This document shows positions 8,965 through 15,092 of a DNA stretch of 15,092 bases, piece after piece. Below the pieces are notes generated by a model that worked only from the letters and a program-made list of their open reading frames with translations, did no database searches and was not told where the DNA came from. Location: UHGV virus genome UHGV-1737584; one strand, written 5' to 3'. Numbering within the stretch: position 1 is the first letter of the stretch; every line of letters begins with the position of its first letter. Made by a program: the position numbers and the translations under genes. Source of the stretch: a virus.

Positions 8965-9576
8965 TCAAAGAGAAAAACTAAAGCCCAGAAGGGAAGCCAA
9001 AGAACTTGAGGATTGGTTAAACGTGCTGTGCAATGCGAAGGTCATTGGGAATGACTTAAATTCCGTAACCTGATCCCGCGCATAGGTGACATCGCCGGTA
9101 GTGACCGGGAATACCGTCATCTCATTTTCCAGTTTGGTTAAACCGGAGGACAGCAACCGATAAATACGCACATTGAGCAAATATTTAGACGGTATATTCC
9201 CGGTACCGTCCGGATTGATCACCCGACTTTTTGCCGTCTTAAACCAGTCCAAAACGAGGCCATCAACGGTATCCCTGACCATCATTGTTATCTGCCCAGG
9301 CGAACGCTCCGTTGGTTGAAGGATATTCCCTCCGCCGATTTTAATCGTTTCATATTCGATGCTGTAATCGTGGTAGGTAATGTCTTTGGCAAAGAAGTCT
9401 GCCCCCTCCAGTCCATCAACTTCGACAGAGAACTGCCATCCTTGCGCGAACAGCATTTTGTTCATGATGATTGACGTCAGCTTACCAACTTCCCGCTCAC
9501 CAACGCCGGAGCCAAATAATGTCGTCGTTAATGCCGAAGATACATAAGACTTTACTGAAGCAACATTAAGCCCCAT
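8965..9576 (-). CDS. 203-aa putative tail structural protein (possible tail tube)
   Basis: Complete ORF, 14 bp upstream of the 293-aa gene. Size (~22 kDa) and position fit a tube-type protein (P1 tub by position); no motif verified. Confidence 0.5.
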   Translation of the reverse strand: MGLNVASVKSYVSSALTTTLFGSGVGEREVGKLTSIIMNKMLFAQGWQFSVEVDGLEGADFFAKDITYHDYSIEYETIKIGGGNILQPTERSPGQITMMVRDTVDGLVLDWFKTAKSRVINPDGTGNIPSKYLLNVRIYRLLSSGLTKLENEMTVFPVTTGDVTYARDQVTEFKSFPMTFALHSTFNQSSSSLASLLGFSFSL

Positions 9577-9586
9577 ATCAGCCCCC

Positions 9587-10194
<608 letters not shown>

Positions 10195-10233
10195 TTGTCA
10201 TTTGTGACAGTATGCTCGCAATCGTAGTGATTA

Positions 10234-10773
10234 CTACCACCAACTGCTAGCTTTCTTCTCTCTAGCTTTTCCTTCGCTTTGCAGTAAATCTTTACTTCCT
10301 GTAGAAATATTTCTATTTGCATCAGCCTCAGACTGAATTACATCTGTCTTAGCTGCTCTCTCCTTCAACTCCTGCTCTATAAAATCGTTTTCTCGCTGGA
10401 CACGAGCCGCTTTTGCTTGCAGTTCGAGTTTCATGCTTTCGAGTTGCAGCTTGCGAAGCTCATCCTCATAAGCTTGATCTCGCTTCTTGTCATTTGCTAG
10501 CTCGGCTTCTCGTTTCGCTCTACGTTCATTTTCTGCAGCAACACGCTGTTTTTCGCGTGCAGCAGCGGCAGATGCTGCTTTTTCTCTTCTAATACGTTCA
10601 GCTTGTGCTTGTTGGCGAATAAGTTCTTTTCTGGCATCCTCAGCTTGCTGCTCTTTAGCTCGCCCTTCATTTTCCGCTTGAGCAATAGCAGCAATTTGAC
10701 TTTGCAACGAGTTAGCCAAGGCAGTGCCTACACTAAACGTAGAAAAGATTAGAAATAAAATAATTTTATTCAT
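10234..10773 (-). CDS. Exported (signal-peptide) coiled-coil protein, 179 aa, TolA-like charged helical repeats
   Basis: N-terminus MNKIILFLIFSTFSVGTALA is a classic Sec signal peptide. The mature part is a highly charged Ala/Glu/Arg/Lys/Gln-rich predicted coiled coil ending in SSWW. Lies in the P1 sim-locus position. Confidence 0.75.
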   Translation of the reverse strand: MNKIILFLIFSTFSVGTALANSLQSQIAAIAQAENEGRAKEQQAEDARKELIRQQAQAERIRREKAASAAAAREKQRVAAENERRAKREAELANDKKRDQAYEDELRKLQLESMKLELQAKAARVQRENDFIEQELKERAAKTDVIQSEADANRNISTGSKDLLQSEGKAREKKASSWW

Positions 10774-10776
10774 AAA

Positions 10777-11298
10777 TTATTTCTTTTCTGGACAAGTAGC
10801 ATTTGGCTGAATTCGAGTTTCATTATCTTTAGTTGAAATAAGCACAGCAAGCCCCGTTGTAAACTGGCATGCTTTACCAACTTGAGTTGAAGTGAACACC
10901 TTAGTTCCTTCTTTATAAGTCAGTGAAACACCTTCAACAATTGTTTTATCACTAACCAAAGAACCAGCCGCTGCACCAAGAGCCGCACCACCAGTACCGC
11001 CAGCTACAGCACCCAGTGTCGATGTGCCTTTAACATTATAACCGGCAACGCCCCCAGCAACAGCTCCCAGTACCGCACCAAATGTCTGTGCCGCTTCTTT
11101 ATTAGCTTTATTATCAACTTTCACTTTAGCTGGAAGCACAGAGATAATATTGACTGTCTTTGTTTCCTGCTTCGAATTCAATTGAGCGGTATCATAAACA
11201 TCGGCAGCATAATCAGCACCGCTAGATTGACACCCAGAAAGAAGAATTGCAGATACAACAAGAGCGCATAAAGTATACTTTTTAGACATAAGAATCAT
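10777..11298 (-). CDS. Lipoprotein with glycine-zipper segment, 173 aa (or 170 aa from the second ATG at complement 11287-11289)
   Basis: Lipobox LLSGC after a KK-containing hydrophobic leader (MSKKYTLCALVVSAILLSGC). Central GAVLGAVAGGVAGY...GAVAGGTGGAALGAAAGS glycine zipper, typical of SlyB/PCP-like outer-membrane lipoproteins. Two C-terminal Cys. Only 3 bp separate it from the downstream gene. Confidence 0.8.
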   Translation of the reverse strand: MILMSKKYTLCALVVSAILLSGCQSSGADYAADVYDTAQLNSKQETKTVNIISVLPAKVKVDNKANKEAAQTFGAVLGAVAGGVAGYNVKGTSTLGAVAGGTGGAALGAAAGSLVSDKTIVEGVSLTYKEGTKVFTSTQVGKACQFTTGLAVLISTKDNETRIQPNATCPEKK

Positions 11299-11565
11299 CC
11301 CGGAAAAACAAAAACCGGCGAGAAGTTACCACGAGAACGGAAAGTAAACAAGAATACTCCCATTGACTTATATCAATTAATCAACTTTTTATAAGCTATC
11401 ACTAACTTATTGTGTATAGCTGAAAAGTCAGAGACAAGTTCACCATCTGCATTATTTCTTAAGTTAATAGTTTATTGCTAACTTAATTCATGTATCGACT
11501 ATTGATAGCCATCTTAAAGTTACAATATCCCTCTGCATTATTTTTCATCACAAATAATATATCTA

Positions 11566-11596
11566 TTGCACGACACTCATCTGCTCTAATAAATTT
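11566..11596 (+). promoter_or_regulatory. Sigma70-like promoter (TTGCAC-17-ATAAAT) overlapped by a C1-operator-like site (ATCTGCTCTAATAAATTT)
   Basis: -35 at 11566-11571, -10 at 11589-11594. The 15-mer TGCTCTAATAAATTT at 11582-11596 matches the P1 C1 operator consensus ATTGCTCTAATAAATTT as I remember it (15/17) and recurs at 13253-13267. Confidence 0.6.
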
Positions 11597-11634
11597 GTAT
11601 TTTTAAGTCGCGAATGCTATCTTTTCGCATCATA

Positions 11635-11663
11635 TTGACCTTTTAATCGTTCAGGCTTATAGT
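11635..11663 (+). promoter_or_regulatory. Near-consensus sigma70 promoter TTGACC-17 nt-TATAGT, candidate constitutive promoter for the c4-icd-ant transcript
   Basis: -35 at 11635-11640, 17-nt spacer, -10 at 11658-11663. Lies ~120 nt upstream of the structured RNA and has no operator-like sequence over it. Confidence 0.6.
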
Positions 11664-11783
11664 TTCGCCGTCGTAGCAAATTCTGCGACCGGGTTTAGCA
11701 GCCTGAATGATTGTGCGGACAGCCGCAGATATCCGATATTGCGGTATTTTTGTGTCCGTAAAACCGCGTTACGCCCAAATTAT

Positions 11784-11860
11784 GGTGGGGCGTGATGGGG
11801 AGGCTTCGGCCTGCTGGTTTCACAATCGCCAGTCTGCTAACCCCGTCACGTCCTGCCACC
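11784..11860 (+). ncRNA. c4: c4-like antisense repressor RNA, ~77 nt, structured
   Basis: Nested stems read from sequence: GGUGG (11784-11788) with CCACC (11856-11860); GUGAUGGGG (11792-11800) with CCCCGUCAC (11841-11849, one G-U); internal GGC-UUCG-GCC tetraloop hairpin (11802-11811). Single-stranded segments are complementary to downstream sites at the icd RBS. The 77-nt span matches the reported length of P1 c4, but I chose the ends knowing that length. Confidence 0.55.
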
Positions 11861-11910
11861 TGTTTAGCAGCGGGTAGCAGGTTGTTAAACCTGATTGTGA
11901 GGCCGTAACT

Positions 11911-12132
11911 ATGGTTAATGCCAATCCTTGCGCACGCCAAGAATTCATCTGGCGTTTCTATTCCTGTAAAAAACACCACTATCACTTCGTCATCGCAGCA
12001 ACAGAAGACGAAGCACGCTCTCAATTGCCTGATGGTCCCTGCATTTTTACTGCCCGTTTTTCAACTAACTCGCGCAATTCACTTAGTTACTGGAACCTCC
12101 CCTTCTCTGCCGACGTTCAGGGGGATTTATGA
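11911..12132 (+). CDS. icd: Small 73-aa protein, translationally coupled to the antirepressor gene (Icd-like)
   Basis: ORF with GAGG 8 nt upstream of its ATG; its TGA overlaps the ant start (ATGA at 12129-12132). The RBS region is complementary to the upstream RNA. The 73-aa length and position match P1 icd as I recall. Confidence 0.6.
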   Translation: MVNANPCARQEFIWRFYSCKKHHYHFVIAATEDEARSQLPDGPCIFTARFSTNSRNSLSYWNLPFSADVQGDL

Positions 12133-13172
12133 AAAAACCTCTCGTCACCCGTAATGAAATAGCCGAAGCGATCGCCCTGCATACAACCTGTATGCCGACA
12201 CGGGAGATCCCCGGCGCAATTGCCAACTATTTCATGATAACCAGACGTTTTTATACCCGAACAGATAAGGCTGTGATCAACAAGCTACTGATAGCCGAGA
12301 TCAGGGATTATTTGATTGAACAAGGACGTCTACGTTACGCAACAGTGGCAGCAGAAATGAGAAAGGAGGCACATAGAATGACCGGTAATAATTTGAATGT
12401 TGAAAAACCAGCACCTGTTGCTTCAGCTACGCCATCACCAGCTGTGAATGTTATCTCCAACACTGGAGACACAATCGACAGCCAGACACTGTTAAAGATG
12501 GTCAATGAAGCTCGTAAGTTATGTGGGGAACCAGAGGTTCGGAACAACAAATTCATCGAAAAAATACTCGACGAATTAGAAGGTGAGGACGGTTACACAA
12601 AAAGTGCAACCGTGCCGCCAGGTGGCGGTACGCCTATGGTTGTCATAACCATGACCTACAAACAAGCCCTGCGAGTCGCCGCGCGCGAGTCAAAAGCGGT
12701 CCGCCGTTCGCTGATCGACAAACTGGAAGAATTACAGCAGGCAAACTCCCCTACCCCATCGATCCCCCAGACATTACCAGAAGCCCTACGCCTGGCTGCC
12801 GAGTTAGCAGAACAGAAAATGCAGTTGGAACAACAGCTGGTGGCCGCAGCCCCTAAAGTCGATTTTGCCGACCGGGTATCAGTGGCCAATGGAATCCTGA
12901 TCGGGAACTTTGCAAAGGTCGTTGGACTTAAGCAAAACGCCCTTTTCTCATGGTTGCGCCAGAATGGCATTCTCATGGCTTTTGGAGCGCGCAAAAACGT
13001 ACCGCGCCAACAGTACATCAACGCGGGGTATTTCACGGTGAAAGAAGTGGTGCTGGATGATGAAAATGGCTACCAGATACGGCTGACGCCCCAATTAACG
13101 GGTAAAGGCCAGCAGTGGTTAACTCGCAAGCTACTTGATGCTGGTTTGTTAAAACCAGTAGCAATAGGTTAA
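12129..13172 (+). CDS. ant1: Antirepressor Ant1, 347 aa, with C-terminal ANT/KilA-C type domain
   Basis: Strong SD AGGGGG upstream of the ATG. C-terminal ~130 aa (LPEALRLAAELAEQ...GKGQQWL...LLDAG) is the phage antirepressor C-terminal domain and is paralogous to the KilA C-terminus in this window. Confidence 0.85.
   Translation: MKKPLVTRNEIAEAIALHTTCMPTREIPGAIANYFMITRRFYTRTDKAVINKLLIAEIRDYLIEQGRLRYATVAAEMRKEAHRMTGNNLNVEKPAPVASATPSPAVNVISNTGDTIDSQTLLKMVNEARKLCGEPEVRNNKFIEKILDELEGEDGYTKSATVPPGGGTPMVVITMTYKQALRVAARESKAVRRSLIDKLEELQQANSPTPSIPQTLPEALRLAAELAEQKMQLEQQLVAAAPKVDFADRVSVANGILIGNFAKVVGLKQNALFSWLRQNGILMAFGARKNVPRQQYINAGYFTVKEVVLDDENGYQIRLTPQLTGKGQQWLTRKLLDAGLLKPVAIG
12378..13172 (+). CDS. 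ant2: Nested in-frame antirepressor Ant2 (264 aa) from an internal start
   Basis: Internal in-frame ATG at 12378-12380 preceded by a consensus SD AAGGAGG at 12364-12370. P1 is known to make Ant1 and Ant2 from in-frame overlapping starts. Confidence 0.6.
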   Translation: MTGNNLNVEKPAPVASATPSPAVNVISNTGDTIDSQTLLKMVNEARKLCGEPEVRNNKFIEKILDELEGEDGYTKSATVPPGGGTPMVVITMTYKQALRVAARESKAVRRSLIDKLEELQQANSPTPSIPQTLPEALRLAAELAEQKMQLEQQLVAAAPKVDFADRVSVANGILIGNFAKVVGLKQNALFSWLRQNGILMAFGARKNVPRQQYINAGYFTVKEVVLDDENGYQIRLTPQLTGKGQQWLTRKLLDAGLLKPVAIG

Positions 13173-13184
13173 CAAAAGAAAAAA

Positions 13185-13210
13185 ACCTGCCAGCAAACTG
13201 GCAGGTTTCT
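13185..13210 (+). terminator. Hairpin terminator after ant (9-bp perfect stem ACCTGCCAG / CTGGCAGGT, loop CAAA, then TTCT)
   Basis: Read directly from sequence, 13 nt after the ant stop. The 3' U-tract is short, so termination may be partial. A-rich 5' flank could also let it act on the opposite strand. Confidence 0.55.
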
Positions 13211-13249
13211 GAGCAGATCATCCAACCCGATCTGGATCGAGTTAGAAAA

Positions 13250-13267
13250 ATTTGCTCTAATAAATTT
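13250..13267 (+). promoter_or_regulatory. Second C1-operator-like site (ATTTGCTCTAATAAATTT) in the kilA-repL promoter region
   Basis: Same 15-mer TGCTCTAATAAATTT as at 11582-11596, located 70 nt upstream of kilA. A possible -35 TTGCTC (13252-13257) and weak -10 TAAGTG (13275-13280) overlap it. Confidence 0.6.
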
Positions 13268-13336
13268 CGTTTTCTAAGTGCAAAGAATCACCATTTCGAG
13301 CTGGTGATTGAAGGTTGATGCAAATTTGGAGAAAAA

Positions 13337-14137
13337 ATGCAACAAACATTCAATGCGGATATGAATATATCAAACCTTCATCAAAATGTCGATCCTTCAA
13401 CCACTCTGCCCGTTATTTGTGGTGTTGAAATTACGACCGACCGCGCTGGCCGTTACAACCTTAATGCTCTACACAGAGCGAGCGGACTCGGTGCCCATAA
13501 AGCGCCAGCTCAATGGCTAAGAACGCTGTCAGCCAAACAGCTCATCGAAGAGCTTGAAAAAGAAACTATGCAGAATTGCATAGTTTCGTTCGAAGGCCGT
13601 GGCGGCGGCACTTTTGCCCATGAATTGCTCGCAGTGGAGTACGCAGGCTGGATTTCTCCCGCGTTTCGGCTGAAGGTAAACCAGACATTTATCGACTATC
13701 GAGCCGGAAGATTACAACCTGCTATTCCGAAGAGCCTCCCAGAAGCTCTCCGTTTGGCTGCTGACCTGGCAGAGCAAAAGCAACGGCTGGAGCAAAAAAT
13801 GCTGATGGATGCACCTAAAGTCGAATTCGCCGAACGCGTTGCTACCGCCAGCGGGGTTCTAATCGGCAACTATGCCAAAGTGCTCGGCCTGGGCCAAAAC
13901 TATCTCTTCACCTGGTTGCGTGATAACGGAATTCTGATCGCAACCGGTGAACGCAGGAACGTCCCCAAACAAGAATACATATCCCGTGGGTATTTCACCC
14001 TTAAAGAAACCGTGATCGATACAAGCAATGGAAGCAGGATTTCTTTCACGACTCGTATAACCGGCAAAGGTCAGCAGTGGCTGATGAAGCGATTGCTTGA
14101 TGCTGGTGTGCTGGTACCTGTCGCGGCAACGCGCTAA
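13337..14137 (+). CDS. kilA: KilA protein, 266 aa: N-terminal KilA-N domain plus C-terminal ANT-type domain
   Basis: SD GGAG 7 nt upstream. N-terminal region (ICGVEITTDRAGRYNLNALHRASG...) has the KilA-N DNA-binding-domain character. C-terminal ~130 aa are paralogous to Ant. The 266-aa length matches P1 KilA as I recall. Confidence 0.8.
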   Translation: MQQTFNADMNISNLHQNVDPSTTLPVICGVEITTDRAGRYNLNALHRASGLGAHKAPAQWLRTLSAKQLIEELEKETMQNCIVSFEGRGGGTFAHELLAVEYAGWISPAFRLKVNQTFIDYRAGRLQPAIPKSLPEALRLAADLAEQKQRLEQKMLMDAPKVEFAERVATASGVLIGNYAKVLGLGQNYLFTWLRDNGILIATGERRNVPKQEYISRGYFTLKETVIDTSNGSRISFTTRITGKGQQWLMKRLLDAGVLVPVAATR

Positions 14138-14166
14138 CAGACGTAGTAAGAACCACCAGCATTGTA

Positions 14167-15012
14167 ATGCTGGCTAAAGTCACTTTCCTGAGCTGTATAA
14201 CGATGAGCGATTTTACTTTTTCTGGCTATGAATTGGCCTGCTTTGTAACACACTCCGGTCTATCCCGTAGCGCCGGGCATATCCTGTCGCAATGTGCAAA
14301 TCTAGCGGCAACAACCAGTGAATACTTCATTCACAAGCCTCACCGCCTGATCGCGGCAGAAACTGGTTATAGCCAATCAACCGTCGTTCGTGCATTCCGT
14401 GAAGCTGTAAACAAAGGAATTCTGTCTGTAGAGATTGTTATCGGCGATCACCGTGAACGTCGCGCTAACCTGTACCGGTTTACACCATCCTTTTTGGCCT
14501 TTGCTCAACAAGCCAAAAATGCGCTAATTGAAAGCAAATTAAAGATCTCTTCAGCCGCAACCAAGGTTAAAGCAGTTCTCGCTAAGACATTGGCTTTATT
14601 TGATTTTTTATCCACACCCCCATGTCAAAATGATACCCCCTCCCCCTGTCAGGATGACGTGGCAATAAAGAATAAGAAGTCACAAATTAAAAAAACAAAA
14701 AGATCAGTTTCCGGCGGTGCCGAAACGACCAGCCTCAAAAAACTGACTTCATGGATCGCCGAGGCAAAAGCAAAGGCTGACAATCTGCGGTTATCCAAAA
14801 AACGCGCTCAAAAACATGAGTTCAAGCAGAAAGTAGAGGCGGCAGCGCGGAAATATGCTTACCTGAAGAACAAGCGTTCTCCTGATATTGGCGGGGTATC
14901 AAACTTCGATAATTTGCCGCATTGCATGACGGTAAACGAAGCTCTTAATGCGGTTTTAGCCAAAAATAAAGATAACGAACAATGGGGTATACCGGCAGGA
15001 TTCAGAGGGTGA
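14167..15012 (+). CDS. repL: Lytic replicon protein RepL-like, 281 aa, with HTH-like segment
   Basis: ORF immediately after kilA. Segment LIAAETGYSQSTVVRAFREAVNKGIL looks like a helix-turn-helix. Contains an internal short direct repeat and an A-rich tract. The 281-aa length matches P1 RepL as I recall. No clear SD at 14167; an in-frame alternative ATG lies at 14203. Confidence 0.7.
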   Translation: MLAKVTFLSCITMSDFTFSGYELACFVTHSGLSRSAGHILSQCANLAATTSEYFIHKPHRLIAAETGYSQSTVVRAFREAVNKGILSVEIVIGDHRERRANLYRFTPSFLAFAQQAKNALIESKLKISSAATKVKAVLAKTLALFDFLSTPPCQNDTPSPCQDDVAIKNKKSQIKKTKRSVSGGAETTSLKKLTSWIAEAKAKADNLRLSKKRAQKHEFKQKVEAAARKYAYLKNKRSPDIGGVSNFDNLPHCMTVNEALNAVLAKNKDNEQWGIPAGFRG

Positions 15013-15092
15013 TAGATTGCTCTAATCTGGAGTCACCTGGCGTTTTCAGTTTGAGGTCGGAGATGCAATCTGATTTTTTACAGTTAGCGATC

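Noticed and set aside
11695-12024. Minus-strand 109-aa ORF overlapping the antisense RNA and icd
   Set aside because: Cys/Gly-rich odd composition, no RBS, and it runs antisense through a region better explained by the promoter, structured RNA and icd on the plus strand.
11918-12154. Plus-strand 78-aa ORF in an alternative frame to icd
   Set aside because: Only the 73-aa frame (11911-12132) has a Shine-Dalgarno at correct spacing and the ATGA coupling to ant.
12335-13221. Minus-strand ORFs (73, 126, 62 aa) inside and after ant
   Set aside because: Antisense to a well-supported antirepressor gene and to the terminator hairpin; no start signals.
15016-15026. Third operator-like site after repL (ATTGCTCTAAT)
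   Set aside because: Only the first 11 of 17 positions match; kept as a note within the operator finding rather than annotated as a feature.

Overview
This window reads as a segment of a P1-type temperate phage or phage-plasmid (identified from my memory of P1 genome organisation, not from any search). The minus strand (15 to 11.3 kb) carries a virion tail/baseplate operon: three small morphogenesis genes, an 1142-aa lytic-transglycosylase protein (Sit-like), three overlapping baseplate-type genes, a 144-aa gene, and a P2 H / Mu S-like tail-fibre gene that runs off the window start. Upstream of the tail genes on the same strand sit two exported proteins (a glycine-zipper lipoprotein and a signal-peptide coiled-coil protein) behind an AT-rich leader; they occupy the position where P1 has its superimmunity (sim) locus, and are the least explained part of the window. 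The plus strand (11.5 to 15 kb) carries an immunity-I / lytic-replicon cluster: two promoters, one overlapped by a C1-operator-like 15-mer, a 77-nt structured antisense RNA (c4-like) with its complementary targets over the icd ribosome-binding site, icd overlapping ant1 with a nested in-frame ant2 start, a hairpin terminator, a second operator-like 15-mer, then kilA and repL. I found no tRNA, rRNA, CRISPR array, IS element or integrase. Gene symbols are given only where I recognise the gene; other P1 names are mentioned as positional guesses in the evidence.
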